Below, piece after piece: positions 19,800 to 30,385 of a DNA stretch of 64,000 nucleotides (the first letter of the stretch is position 1; each line of letters starts with the position of its first letter). Origin of the DNA: Bdellovibrionales bacterium. GTDB taxonomy: Bacteria; Bdellovibrionota; FAC87; UBA2466. Location of the stretch: positions 64,695 to 128,694 of the forward strand of contig SXPJ01000103.1 of NCBI GenBank assembly GCA_005776395.1, read 5' to 3'. The notes under the pieces are model-generated. The model saw only the letters and a list, made by a program, of their open reading frames with translations, made no database searches and was not told where the DNA came from. The translations under genes were made by a program, and so were the position numbers.

Positions 19800-20962
19800 C
19801 CCAATGTGCGGTCGTGAGATTTATCAAAAGGACCGATAAGGATGTGAGGAGATCTACTTCTTATATGTCGGTTACTTTTTTACAACGCAACGTTCAAAGA
19901 ATTACAGATCGAATTGAGCGTCTTTTTTTGTCCGGTCGATTAAACCAGAAACAGAGGCAGAATCTTTTTCGAGCCTTGTTTTATGTATTGATGGGTGAGC
20001 CCTTAATCCCTGATAATCTCATCGAATTTTGTACACGTGAAAAATTGGAACCTACCTTAAAACGTTTGTTTGAGTCCTTAGGTACCAGCTGCAAGTTGCC
20101 TCAGGCGCTTCACTCTCGAATTTTGAAATTGGTTTCGCTAAAAAGAGTTCAAGAAACATGGGGAGTTACTAAGTCAGATCTTGCTTTCGTACAAAAAATT
20201 GTCAAAGAGGCCGATCTCAACCCTCAGGATGAACACCATCTTCTTCATCGTTACTATGAATCCAAGGATCTAGATTGGTTTGCAGAGGTAGAAAACGAGC
20301 AGGATGAGGTGGATGTCATTATTAGTGTTCAAGCGTTAGAGGAGATGCTTTTAGGTGTCTTTGAAACTTACAAGGTTCCCAAATCTAAAAAAGAACCTTT
20401 TTCTGAAGTTTTTGGTCTCTGTTTAGGAATGGCAAGCCGAAATCGAGTTACTAAAAAAGGGACAGGACAGAAAACAAAATGGTTTGTTTATGTGGAAAAA
20501 GCGGCGCCTCAAATTCGAGCCAAGTCGGATGCCAGTTCTGTTATTCCTAATGCCAAAAGCATTAGCGCACTTGTAGAGACATCTCAAAGTTTGTTTCCAC
20601 AACTGGAGATAATTGGAGATTATCATTCTCACCCCTATCATAATGCGGCTCAAATTCGTCGATATCGTGGTTGGCAGGCCTCGACACAAGATGCGAGTGA
20701 TATTGCAGTCCTGTACAGAGAGTTAAGAGGACTTAAAGCGAGAAAGCATCGGATGAGAGTGTCTTTTGTGATTGCTATTGGAAAAGGCAAAGCCACCAAG
20801 GGATCGAATCAGCAGATAAAATCTACCAATGTGGTTCGATTTAATATGGCGGGTTGCCATGTCTATATAACAGCTTATCGAATTTTGAGTAATGGAAGCA
20901 TGAGTGAGAAAGGTGTGGTTCTTCAGAGTCCCTATCGGGAAACCTTTCTTAAAGTTGCTTAG
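19796..20962 (+). CDS. two-domain protein: N-terminal helical domain plus C-terminal JAMM/MPN+-like metalloprotease domain
   Basis: E (EVFGLCLG) ... IIGDYHSHPY ... SxxD (ASTQD) matches the JAMM E-HxH-S-D zinc motif with a longer spacer. Start is uncertain: TTG at 19796 or ATG at 19865. Confidence 0.4.
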   Translation: MTQCAVVRFIKRTDKDVRRSTSYMSVTFLQRNVQRITDRIERLFLSGRLNQKQRQNLFRALFYVLMGEPLIPDNLIEFCTREKLEPTLKRLFESLGTSCKLPQALHSRILKLVSLKRVQETWGVTKSDLAFVQKIVKEADLNPQDEHHLLHRYYESKDLDWFAEVENEQDEVDVIISVQALEEMLLGVFETYKVPKSKKEPFSEVFGLCLGMASRNRVTKKGTGQKTKWFVYVEKAAPQIRAKSDASSVIPNAKSISALVETSQSLFPQLEIIGDYHSHPYHNAAQIRRYRGWQASTQDASDIAVLYRELRGLKARKHRMRVSFVIAIGKGKATKGSNQQIKSTNVVRFNMAGCHVYITAYRILSNGSMSEKGVVLQSPYRETFLKVA

Positions 20963-22211
20963 AGGCTATTTTTTTGGAGAGATAATCAGAAGGTAGGTTT
21001 TTAGCTGTAGGTATTAATTTTATCAATGTCTCATTTAACCGCATAGATAACAAATCCCTATTGAAGTCCCTATTTCCTAAAGCAAAAGCATTTCTTCCAG
21101 CTTTTTCAGCCCACAATGGACGGGATAGAGCCTCAGTAATCTGTTGAGCAGCTTTTTGAAAGTTTGTGGGATCAAGAACTAAACCAATGTCATGTTGTTG
21201 AATGAGTTCTGCGAGCCATCCTTTAAAATTAATGGCTATGGGTTTTCCTGCTGCCAGCGCATCAAAAAACTTATTGGGAGAGGAATTCCAAAGAGCTTTT
21301 TTATTTACAAGGGTATTTAAGATAAGAGTTGAACGTTGAAATAAAGCAGGAATATCTTTTTTAGGGATAGGATCTAAGAGAAAAAAACTCTTATTTAAAA
21401 CTCCTAATTGAGTCGCTAAGAGTTGAATATGGTTTCTTTCCTTTCCATCTCCTACTACCAAGAATTTTATTTTGGAATGTGTTTGTTGAATCTGTTTAGC
21501 AAGATAAATAATGTAGGAAATGTTATTAGCGACACCTAAAGTGCCAGGATATAAAATAATCGAATCCTCTGATCTTATATTAGGTGGTAAATGAATAGAG
21601 GCGTTGGATTGAGAATTAAAACTATCAATGTCACAACTATTGGGTATGAATGTAATATTTTTTGAGGGAACTCCTCGAGCTGAAACTGCTCTTTGTATTC
21701 CAGGAGATAAGGCGATGACATGAGTGGCTTTGCGATAGGCAAAGCGCTCGATGGCTTTAGCCAATTTTTTAGAAAGGGGATCGCGAAGAGCCTTAAAAAC
21801 AATCGGTAAATCTGGCCATAAATCTCGAACTTCAAGCACAAGAGGGACTTTACGGGTTTTAGCCAGAAAAACTGCAGGTAATGTCGCTGTAAGGGGAGGG
21901 CTAGAAACATAAACTAAATCAAACTGAAGTGCTCTCCCACATTTTAAGGCTCCGATTATGTATTTAGAAAAGGCTAAAATTCTTTTAAAGAATGAAAGTC
22001 TATTGTGATAGGGAATGGGCAGCCAATGAATATGAATTCCTGAATTTAAAGTTTCGTAGGGAGCTATTTTGATATCTTTCTGATTTTCATCTGAAGCAAT
22101 TAAATGAACTTCATGACCCATAGCACAGAGGCGTCTTGCAAACTCATAGGTGCGGGTAATTCCACTTTTTTCAGGTAAGACAAAATGCTGATAGAGATAT
22201 AGAATTTTCAT
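20949..22211 (-). CDS. glycosyltransferase family 4 (WbuB-like)
   Basis: GT-B fold with the C-terminal GT1 motif region (E...G..P.E). Confidence 0.8.
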   Translation of the reverse strand: MKILYLYQHFVLPEKSGITRTYEFARRLCAMGHEVHLIASDENQKDIKIAPYETLNSGIHIHWLPIPYHNRLSFFKRILAFSKYIIGALKCGRALQFDLVYVSSPPLTATLPAVFLAKTRKVPLVLEVRDLWPDLPIVFKALRDPLSKKLAKAIERFAYRKATHVIALSPGIQRAVSARGVPSKNITFIPNSCDIDSFNSQSNASIHLPPNIRSEDSIILYPGTLGVANNISYIIYLAKQIQQTHSKIKFLVVGDGKERNHIQLLATQLGVLNKSFFLLDPIPKKDIPALFQRSTLILNTLVNKKALWNSSPNKFFDALAAGKPIAINFKGWLAELIQQHDIGLVLDPTNFQKAAQQITEALSRPLWAEKAGRNAFALGNRDFNRDLLSMRLNETLIKLIPTAKNLPSDYLSKKIASKQL

Positions 22212-23992
22212 AGGTTCGAAATATTAAATTGAGATATAAGATCTTTGTCTTGATCCTTCCACTTTAATTTTATCGTGTTATTCTCAAGTTCCAAAATTAT
22301 GTTTATTGAATCCTTAAAATAACTTAAGCTCCACGCAGTTATGAGACTTGAAGAGCTCATTCCCGAGGTATTTTTCCTAGTTAAGACGATTGTTTTTTTG
22401 GAGGTTTCAAATCCAAAATAGGGAGAAAAGAGGGTCTCTTTGAGTGTCGGTGTCTGAGCTGGACCTAAGGGCTGAAAACAAAGTTCAAATTCATCTGTTT
22501 TTAGAGTGGCTTGGGTAAATCCATTGGGATCTCCAAGTTCAGCATGTTGACAGGCCACTTGGACTAAGGGGTGTAGATGAATAAACTCTTGGAAGTCTCC
22601 AGCCCCTGATGACTTCGAAATTAGATGAAAAGAACACCAAAAATGAGGTTTTTCTGAAAGGAACCATAAACGAGTCACTTCTGGGAAGCCTAAGTGTTTG
22701 TATCCATCATGTGAAGCTGAAATCCAGGTTCCTATCTCGGATTTCTCAAAGTTTCTTTTTAAAATGTGGCCTCTTCTTCCCATACGAAAGCTCGACCAGA
22801 TATCAGCTGAATTTTTATCGTTAACTAGCATGACATTATGAGATTTTGACTGGCGATATTCGTTTCTTTTATCCCCCTGGTAGCAGAAAGTTCCACTATT
22901 GATTATTAAGGGAGAATCTTTAAAAGACATCTCAAAAGTTAATAGATCACAGTGAGCATGGGCAGGTAGAGAATCTTCTCCCAGGTTTCCAGCGTCAAAA
23001 ACAAAAAAAGAATTACTTTTACGAGAGACGAAATAATCTCCCACCCAATCATGAATCGAAAGTGTTGATGGAGATAAATGCATTTCCCAAGAGTCATTAA
23101 AGAAGGGTAGTTTTCCAGAAGGGTGTGCAATTTTAGTGGCAAAATCTAACATTTTTTCGGATTGAGTTTTGAAGAAGATTACTTCCTCGGGGGCAGATAG
23201 TTTCAACCAAGGCAGTAAGAATGAAAGTCCGTTAGCAAGTTCTAAGTGATAACTAGGCGATTTCTCAAAGTGTTCTCCTGAGTCTAGAAGCTGGGTCTTG
23301 ATGCAAGACTTGAGAATGTTAAGTCCTTGCGTGAGCCACCTATTTGCCATAGCGCCCTCAAACAATGAGCCTCCTAAAATGAGGGCTTGGCCATTTTCCC
23401 AGAGGTGATTACCTTTAATGTCCTTTTCCAGATTGGCTTTAAGCCATAAAATGTGAATAAAAAAAGAATCTAAAATAATTTTTCGGATTTCATTTTGAGG
23501 AGGAGCCATTAACCACAGTGCGGACCAGCTCTGAATCCGTTTTGAAGTTACATAAGGATGCCAACTGATTTTATAGGATTTTTTATCAGATAAGGGAAAG
23601 CGTTGGATCCAATCGAAAACATAATTCCATCTATCTTGCTTGAGAACTGGACTAATGAGATTTCGATGTGAGTGGTGCTCGAACTGTTCTAGGAGTGAAA
23701 GTGATTCTAAGTTTATAGCTTGTGATAAGGAGCTGTGATACTTGGAGCTTGTTTTGAGTAAAGGTAATAGCTGCTCAGGGAAATCAATAAGAGTTGGAAG
23801 TGGCTGTCTTAGGATGAGTTTAGGTCGGTAATTTAGAGAATGTTTAAATAGAAAATAGGGGTGTTTAAACGGGGCATAGAGTTTAACCAGAAATCTGTTA
23901 AGGAACTGTTCTAGTTGGTGATAAGAGAATGAAAAGTAGAGGCGTTCAAAAAACTTAAAAATAGGTAAGTTCATGGATGAGATATTAGGCAA
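22208..23992 (-). CDS. heparinase II/III-like protein (polysaccharide-cluster type)
   Basis: Central alpha/alpha toroid region and C-terminal beta region with AHAHCDLLTFE. This family commonly sits next to a WbuB-like GT and a bi-domain oxidoreductase. Confidence 0.65.
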   Translation of the reverse strand: MPNISSMNLPIFKFFERLYFSFSYHQLEQFLNRFLVKLYAPFKHPYFLFKHSLNYRPKLILRQPLPTLIDFPEQLLPLLKTSSKYHSSLSQAINLESLSLLEQFEHHSHRNLISPVLKQDRWNYVFDWIQRFPLSDKKSYKISWHPYVTSKRIQSWSALWLMAPPQNEIRKIILDSFFIHILWLKANLEKDIKGNHLWENGQALILGGSLFEGAMANRWLTQGLNILKSCIKTQLLDSGEHFEKSPSYHLELANGLSFLLPWLKLSAPEEVIFFKTQSEKMLDFATKIAHPSGKLPFFNDSWEMHLSPSTLSIHDWVGDYFVSRKSNSFFVFDAGNLGEDSLPAHAHCDLLTFEMSFKDSPLIINSGTFCYQGDKRNEYRQSKSHNVMLVNDKNSADIWSSFRMGRRGHILKRNFEKSEIGTWISASHDGYKHLGFPEVTRLWFLSEKPHFWCSFHLISKSSGAGDFQEFIHLHPLVQVACQHAELGDPNGFTQATLKTDEFELCFQPLGPAQTPTLKETLFSPYFGFETSKKTIVLTRKNTSGMSSSSLITAWSLSYFKDSINIILELENNTIKLKWKDQDKDLISQFNISNL

Positions 23993-26144
23993 CTCGAGGT
24001 GAATATTTTTTTTCTATTGTTGTAGAATCTTGAATTTGACATATTACTCGACTGATTTCTAAAATTTCAGTCCAGCGAAGGTTGTCAAATTGTGAATTTG
24101 AAATCGAAATCGAATTGATGAATTGTGACAGACAATTCTCATGCCCCTTATCCTGAGACCATAGTTTCATTTTTGTGAAATTTTTGAAGCCATAACCCGT
24201 TAAACTTTTAAAGTTGTCAATGATCGCAACTTTGTTATCTGTAAAAATTTCGAGTGTTTCTTTGGGGTAAGCGCGATTGCCGAGAGTCGAATAGGTGAGT
24301 GTTGCGACCGAACCCTCTTCAAATTTAAGCGATACTGTAAGGCTATTACAGGGATCGATAAGTTCACTCGATACGCGGGTGACACTAAAATCGAGAATAG
24401 GAGCATCAGTAAAGAATCTTAGCAGATCTATAAAATGGCCTAACTCACTAACAATCCTACCTCCACCTGAGGTTCTGTCCTGAGTCCAGTGAGTCTCAGA
24501 AAGTGAAAGAGCATTCACGGTGTACACCATGTGTTTAGGCCCGATTGTGTTAGATAATAAAGATTTTAGTTTCTGACTTATAGGAGAGAACCTGCGATTA
24601 TAACCCACCCAAATATTTTTAGAAAACTTAGAGGAAATTATTGCTTTCTCGATTTGATTGAGCTCGTCTATTGAAGTCGCTATAGGTTTCTCGATAAAAA
24701 TATGTTTATTCTGGAAAATCGCTTGGATTACTAATTCAGCGTGAGAATCATGTCGACTTGCTATTAAAACAGCATCAATATTTGGAGAATTAATAATTGG
24801 GTTCGTATCGCTAAAGCTTTCAGCAATTCCAAATTTTCTTGCTGCAAGGGTTGCACTTAAACCAGAGAGCGAGCAAATACTTGTAGGAATTCGTTTTAGT
24901 TTTTTAAGAAGAGGTAAAAGAACCCGTGTTGTGTGTTCTCCTGAACCAATCATTCCCAATCGGGGGGATGTTGTGTTTTTAGTTAAAGAGAACAAATGGG
25001 GTCTACTGTGTTTTACAAGAGGTTGACAACCTACGGGATAGCTCAAAGCAATAGCATTTGAATGTTGTTTTGAAGCAATGAGATCATAAGCATTCATAGA
25101 GTCTGAAAAGGGAAAACGGTGAGAAATAAGAGGTGTAAGATTTATTTTTCTCTCTTTCATCAAGGTCAAAATGGCTTCCATATTTCTGTTTTCGGTCCAT
25201 CTGACAAAACCGATGGGATAGTCAACCCCCTTTTGTTCATAAACTTTGTCATATCTTCCAGGCCCATAGGAGCAGGAGACCTGAAATGAAAGTTCCTTTT
25301 CGTAGAAGTCGGTTCGACTCAGTTTTGTTCCTGTGGATCCGACTAAAATAATCTTTCCACGCTTACGACTCATTTGAGCTGCAAAGTGAATGGGCTCTGA
25401 GGATTGAGTGGAGGCTGAAACAATAACTCCATCGACCCCCTGGCCTTTAGAAAAGGTTATTGCATGAGGTACAGGATTTGGATTTTGAGTTAGTGAGTGA
25501 ATTTCAGCCCCCCAGCTCTGAGCCAACTCCAATCGTGGGCCATCGAAGTCGATTCCCATAACCTGGCAACCTTGCGCTTTTAAAAGTTGAACTGTAATGA
25601 GACCGATGACTCCTAAACCTTGAACGACCACATATTCTCCAAGGGTAGGATTTAAGAGTCTTACACTCTGTAAAGCGATTGAAGCGATGGGTGTAAATGC
25701 GGCCTCTTCAAACGAGATTGGGCTCAGGTCTGGGATTTTGACACATAGTTGAGTCGGGGCACAGACAAATTCAGCATGTGAGCTATTGGAAACCACACGA
25801 TCTCCAACTCTGAAATTAGAAACTTCAGAACCAATCGCTACCACAACTCCACTCTGAGAATATCCAGGGGTGATGGGTTTATCGAGCTTAGCTCGAATCG
25901 AAGTAAGTGTTGCGTTAAAGCCATCTGTTTTTAATTTAGCTCTGGCTTGAGTAACTTTATCGGGCTGTAATTTTGCTTTTTGAAAGAGAGAGGCCCGCCC
26001 AAATTCGAGCAAATTTTCCTCAGTCCCTTTTGAGATAATTGAAGCATAGGTTTGAATAAGTAGATGTCCTGGTCGAACTGCGGGAATAGGAGTTTCAATA
26101 AGCTCAATAGTTCCTGAGCGTAAAGATTGAATAAGTTGTTTCAT
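23985..26144 (-). CDS. bi-domain oxidoreductase: zinc-type MDR alcohol dehydrogenase fused to a Gfo/Idh/MocA NAD-binding oxidoreductase
   Basis: N-terminal MDR region (GLGVIGLITVQL Rossmann) followed by RLGMIGSGEHTTRV and a Gfo/Idh/MocA C-domain. Confidence 0.8.
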   Translation of the reverse strand: MKQLIQSLRSGTIELIETPIPAVRPGHLLIQTYASIISKGTEENLLEFGRASLFQKAKLQPDKVTQARAKLKTDGFNATLTSIRAKLDKPITPGYSQSGVVVAIGSEVSNFRVGDRVVSNSSHAEFVCAPTQLCVKIPDLSPISFEEAAFTPIASIALQSVRLLNPTLGEYVVVQGLGVIGLITVQLLKAQGCQVMGIDFDGPRLELAQSWGAEIHSLTQNPNPVPHAITFSKGQGVDGVIVSASTQSSEPIHFAAQMSRKRGKIILVGSTGTKLSRTDFYEKELSFQVSCSYGPGRYDKVYEQKGVDYPIGFVRWTENRNMEAILTLMKERKINLTPLISHRFPFSDSMNAYDLIASKQHSNAIALSYPVGCQPLVKHSRPHLFSLTKNTTSPRLGMIGSGEHTTRVLLPLLKKLKRIPTSICSLSGLSATLAARKFGIAESFSDTNPIINSPNIDAVLIASRHDSHAELVIQAIFQNKHIFIEKPIATSIDELNQIEKAIISSKFSKNIWVGYNRRFSPISQKLKSLLSNTIGPKHMVYTVNALSLSETHWTQDRTSGGGRIVSELGHFIDLLRFFTDAPILDFSVTRVSSELIDPCNSLTVSLKFEEGSVATLTYSTLGNRAYPKETLEIFTDNKVAIIDNFKSLTGYGFKNFTKMKLWSQDKGHENCLSQFINSISISNSQFDNLRWTEILEISRVICQIQDSTTIEKKYSPRVA

Positions 26145-26266
26145 AGATGAATGGAGTAAAAAATCAGTAATTTCTATATATTATCGGTGTATTTGGGTAA
26201 GAAATACAGAGGAAAAACTATGCCTTTTAATACAGGTGATGCGAGGCGTAGGAATGGGTTTTTCAG

Positions 26267-27286
26267 TCAAGATTCTATCTCTTTTAAAATAGTTCTCAGC
26301 CGATCTGAATAGGTGTTTTCTCCACCGACTATTTTATTTTTGCCTAATCGTACAAATTTTTCTCTTAGTTCGGGAGATTTAATTAAAATTTTTGCCTGTT
26401 TTACCATCTCCTCTGGGGTTCGAAAAAAGGGAAGGGTTTCACTGCCAAATATTTCGATGTGCTCCTCTGTCTCTTCATTCAACATGCAGCCTCCCATAGC
26501 GGGGACTTCGAAACTTCTCATGACATGACCATCACGATTGGAACGACGAACTAAATTTAAAACAATTTTAGAGGCTTTGACAGCTTTTCGAAGTTCTGCA
26601 GGGGGTACAATTCCTAAAGTTAAAGGTCTGGTCTCAGGGTATCGCTCCCAGTATCCGCCGTAAAGTTTGACTGTAAGTCCTGAACGAATAAGTTCACAAA
26701 TATAGGGAAGTCTATCTTTGTCGGCTCCTCCAAAAAACATAATATCGCAACTGTATCGTCTAAAATCATCGGTTGTTAGCTGAGACTCTTCAAAGTGGAC
26801 TTGTGGATTGTAAGCAAAGGGTAAATAAATAACTTTGCCCTTAGAAACTTGCTTTAATTGATTTAAAGTTGATCTTCTCGGAGTAATCAAAAGATCATAT
26901 TCAGCTAATGAATTTAAGTACCAGCGTGATAAGTGAGCTGGATTCCAAGGATCATCAGTGACAAAATTTATCGTTTTAACTCGATTTGAATTGATTTTCT
27001 TTAGAGTATGGCAGTTCACAGGGGAGGTTCCTACAACTATAACAGCATTCGAGGCAGATTTATTTAGTTCAAAAAAAATCTGTTTTTGAAATTGTTCTTG
27101 GTGCCAATAGGTTTTATCAAATAGTCTCCAAGAGATTTGATTAAGAATTCCCATTTGTGATTTACAGCTTTTAACATTTAAGGACTGATGAGATATTTTT
27201 AGGTTTTGAACCCCTACTTTCAAATGAAAACCAATGTGTTCACCGCTAAACTGGCCAATGATTAAGATAATAGGGGGGTGGTTCAA
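26267..27286 (-). CDS. CgeB-family glycosyltransferase-like protein (Glyco_trans_1_2)
   Basis: C-terminal RSFEVPAMGGCMLNEETEE...F..PEEMVKQAKILIKSPELRE resembles the CgeB-type domain. Confidence 0.5.
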   Translation of the reverse strand: MNHPPIILIIGQFSGEHIGFHLKVGVQNLKISHQSLNVKSCKSQMGILNQISWRLFDKTYWHQEQFQKQIFFELNKSASNAVIVVGTSPVNCHTLKKINSNRVKTINFVTDDPWNPAHLSRWYLNSLAEYDLLITPRRSTLNQLKQVSKGKVIYLPFAYNPQVHFEESQLTTDDFRRYSCDIMFFGGADKDRLPYICELIRSGLTVKLYGGYWERYPETRPLTLGIVPPAELRKAVKASKIVLNLVRRSNRDGHVMRSFEVPAMGGCMLNEETEEHIEIFGSETLPFFRTPEEMVKQAKILIKSPELREKFVRLGKNKIVGGENTYSDRLRTILKEIES

Positions 27287-27300
27287 GTTAAGTTAAAGGT

Positions 27301-29634
27301 TTAGGCTGCGCGTGCCCTGGGTTTTTGTTCTTCTACTGAACTATAATAGTAATATAACTGGTTTTTTGAGTTAGTACGATTCAATATAATACAGACTGGT
27401 TTTTCACCATATTGAAGGAAGTGTTCTATCATATTGGCGAAATCGTTAACTTTAGTTTTGTTGCAGGCAGCAATTACTATTATAATATCGGATTGACTAG
27501 CTATAATCTCTGAATCGGGCAGAGCTAAGAATGGGGCATCATCTAAAAAAATGAAATCGTAGGATTCCCTTAATTTACTTATTAAATGCGTAAATTTCTG
27601 GGAGTTAATTAGCTCGGCAGAGTTTTGTGCTGCAGGGCCTGAGGGAAATAGGTCTAGGTTCGGTTGAAGATTAGGAACTATAAGAGAACTGTAATCTGTT
27701 AGTTTAGGGTTCTCAAGAAATGTGGAAAGCCCCTTGGTATGTCCCTGATCGAATTCGCGTGACAAGGCTTTTTTACGAAGATCACAGTCAATTAACAAAA
27801 CCTTCTTATTAAGTGCGGCCAATGATGCGGCTAAATTAGCGGTAATGAAGCTCTTCCCATCTCCCGAATGAGTACTATGGATAGAGATTACCTTTTGCCT
27901 TTGTGGAAACTCTTTTTCAAGATGAATTAGGCGAGTTCTAACCCTTTTAAATGGAAGAGTTTGTGGAAGATCAAGCTTGTGTCGAAAGACAAGAGATTTT
28001 AGTAAATTATTTTTATTGGGAGTTTTCATTTTCTCTATTTCTTTAATAAAAGGAATGTTTCCAAGTGAGATATAATTAAACCCAGGCAAGTCTTTAGTAG
28101 TCACAATGGAAGGATCGTAGCTGTCAATAATAGTAGCAATCAGAACTCCAAAAACAAAAGCTAAAATAAAGGCCATAGGAACTACGGGGAAAAGAGTAGG
28201 ACGCCGTAACACCGAGAATATTGCCGGAGCTTCAATGTTAAGTACTCTGTTTTGAATTGCGATTCGGCTGACATCGATATTGAATAACTGCTTCGAGAGG
28301 TCTGCGAAAAGTATATATTTCATTTCTAGTTGTTTATTAAGGGCATAGTACTTTTGTTCCGCTTCGGGAAGAGGTTCTCTAGATATTTTTTCAGCTAAAA
28401 GAGCCTTGTTGGCTAAGTTTATTCTAGTCCTAAGTAACCAATTTTCTTTTCTTAGCTCAGAAAGTCTTATTTCCGGATTAATATTATCCTCTAGAAAATC
28501 TAGAGAACCATCTTTTAGTAGTTCTTTTTCAATAGAGATATTTTTTGGAAGTTGCTTTTCGGTGTGTTCAATCTCTTCTTGTAGGGATAAGACCTGAGGA
28601 GAGTTTTTAGCCATCCCTTCCGAAAGGAGTCCCCGCTTTCTGGCCTCTAAAGCAACCAGTTGTCTTTTAATGATGGCTAAAGTGGTAAGATCTATTCTTG
28701 AAGAGTTAGAATTTTTCCGTTTATTGCGCAAATTTGCAGTGATGGAATGAATCAGTTTTTCATTTTGTTCAAGTATTATTCGGTTTTGTTCAAGTTCGGA
28801 TTTGATGCTCTGAAGACTTGAGAATGTTTCTGTGATACCTTTTTGAGTGATTGGACCTGCCGAGCTTTTACGGATCAATAACATCTCTTTTTCTACTTCA
28901 GATAGAGAGTCTGTTATTTCCTCTGTTTTACTAAGAATGTAATTTTTTCCCTCTTCAAGTTGTTTCAAATCCCTACGAGTAATGATGGCCTGAGATTGCT
29001 CTGACATTTGTCTGGCTATAGTTACTGATAGTTCGGGAGAGACTGTGGTAACTGAAATAACAAAACCAGGAACCGTCGATTTGTTATATTTGGTAGATTT
29101 TTTTAACATTAGACTGAATTTTTTGATTGGATCAGTCTTTGTATTCTTGTTTGATTCGATGGGCCAGTTAAAAAAATTGGTAAATAATCCAGTAGGTCTT
29201 GAATTTGTTTGTTTCAGATCTTCAAAAGTTTTTTTTCCAGATTGAGTTTCTAATATGTTTTTTGCGGCCTCATAAAATGAATCATGAGTATTTAGGTAAA
29301 GGAGAACAGTTTCTAGATAAGTGTCCTTATTCAAAGATGAACTTAGTAACTGGGTGCCAGAAGCCCCTAAGTCGACTGAAAGAGCTTGTAATGAACTGTT
29401 TTCAGGCTTTTGAATAATTAAACTTGAAGTTGCAGTGTAAGTAACTAAAACAAAATATGAATAGAGTGCAAAGGCTTCAGCTACAAGAACAGGAATAATA
29501 ACCACCCACTTACGGCGCTTGAGTAGGGCAATGAAGTTCTCAAATACGATGTCTAAAGGCTGTTGGGAGTGTGAGGAGGTAAGAGTGTTCTCTCTTCCGT
29601 GAATGGAGCGTGCTGAGGGATCGTTTAAGCTCAT
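27301..29634 (-). CDS. polysaccharide co-polymerase / BY-kinase (Wzc/GumC-like tyrosine autokinase)
   Basis: TM - long coiled-coil periplasmic domain - TM - Walker A (STHSGDGKSF) - DxD - C-terminal tyrosine cluster (QLYYYYSS). Confidence 0.8.
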   Translation of the reverse strand: MSLNDPSARSIHGRENTLTSSHSQQPLDIVFENFIALLKRRKWVVIIPVLVAEAFALYSYFVLVTYTATSSLIIQKPENSSLQALSVDLGASGTQLLSSSLNKDTYLETVLLYLNTHDSFYEAAKNILETQSGKKTFEDLKQTNSRPTGLFTNFFNWPIESNKNTKTDPIKKFSLMLKKSTKYNKSTVPGFVISVTTVSPELSVTIARQMSEQSQAIITRRDLKQLEEGKNYILSKTEEITDSLSEVEKEMLLIRKSSAGPITQKGITETFSSLQSIKSELEQNRIILEQNEKLIHSITANLRNKRKNSNSSRIDLTTLAIIKRQLVALEARKRGLLSEGMAKNSPQVLSLQEEIEHTEKQLPKNISIEKELLKDGSLDFLEDNINPEIRLSELRKENWLLRTRINLANKALLAEKISREPLPEAEQKYYALNKQLEMKYILFADLSKQLFNIDVSRIAIQNRVLNIEAPAIFSVLRRPTLFPVVPMAFILAFVFGVLIATIIDSYDPSIVTTKDLPGFNYISLGNIPFIKEIEKMKTPNKNNLLKSLVFRHKLDLPQTLPFKRVRTRLIHLEKEFPQRQKVISIHSTHSGDGKSFITANLAASLAALNKKVLLIDCDLRKKALSREFDQGHTKGLSTFLENPKLTDYSSLIVPNLQPNLDLFPSGPAAQNSAELINSQKFTHLISKLRESYDFIFLDDAPFLALPDSEIIASQSDIIIVIAACNKTKVNDFANMIEHFLQYGEKPVCIILNRTNSKNQLYYYYSSVEEQKPRARAA

Positions 29635-29826
29635 AGGGTCTTTTCGGAGAAGAGTTGAATAATCTAAAGTCTTTACAGTTTTTTTCTACTTGATATAATT
29701 AATTTACAAGTTTTTATCGAGAACCTCTATAACTTCATATTCCTAGCCTTGTAGCGTAAAATCGTAAACCTTAGTAAGTCACCGCATTACTAAGCAATTC
29801 ATAAGTAAGTATAAAGGAAGATCTCT

Positions 29827-30378
29827 ATGAAATTACTCCGCAATTCTTGCTTGACACCCCGGGCCTCTTTTTTGGGATGTCTCAGTATTTTTTCATTAAT
29901 TATGTCTCAGCAGGCTATGGCAGAGTCTAATCCCTCGCTCTTGGAAAACTTAAAAAAAAATCAAAATTACACACGAGCCAATGAATATTATTCCGAGCTA
30001 TATCAGGGAGAAATTTTGGTTCCGATTCATCTCTTAGGTGCTGTAAACAAGCCAGGCGTTTATCACATTCCAAAACAGACGGACATTGTGCGTTTATTAG
30101 CTTTGGCTGGAGGCACCATGGTTGATGCTAACATGGAGGATGTCTCAATTAAGAGACGTAGCGAAGAGACTGAGCGCGTTATCAATATTAATTTAAAACA
30201 ATTAGTGAATGAGCGTGGAATGGGTAGGCCGATTAATTTGGAAGCTAACGATATCGTTCTTGTAGCCCCCAAAGAACCTGTGATCTCAAACAATACGGTA
30301 GCTGTAGTGGGACTTACTGCAACTTTACTAGGGCTTGTGGTTTCGAGTCTGGTGATAGTCAATCAATTGAAAAAGTAA
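29827..30378 (+). CDS. polysaccharide export protein, SLBB domain (short Wza-like)
   Basis: Signal peptide, PGVYHIPKQTDIVRLLALAGG and DIVLV SLBB motifs, and a C-terminal TM helix. Confidence 0.6.
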   Translation: MKLLRNSCLTPRASFLGCLSIFSLIMSQQAMAESNPSLLENLKKNQNYTRANEYYSELYQGEILVPIHLLGAVNKPGVYHIPKQTDIVRLLALAGGTMVDANMEDVSIKRRSEETERVININLKQLVNERGMGRPINLEANDIVLVAPKEPVISNNTVAVVGLTATLLGLVVSSLVIVNQLKK

Positions 30379-30385
30379 GGCTCTA

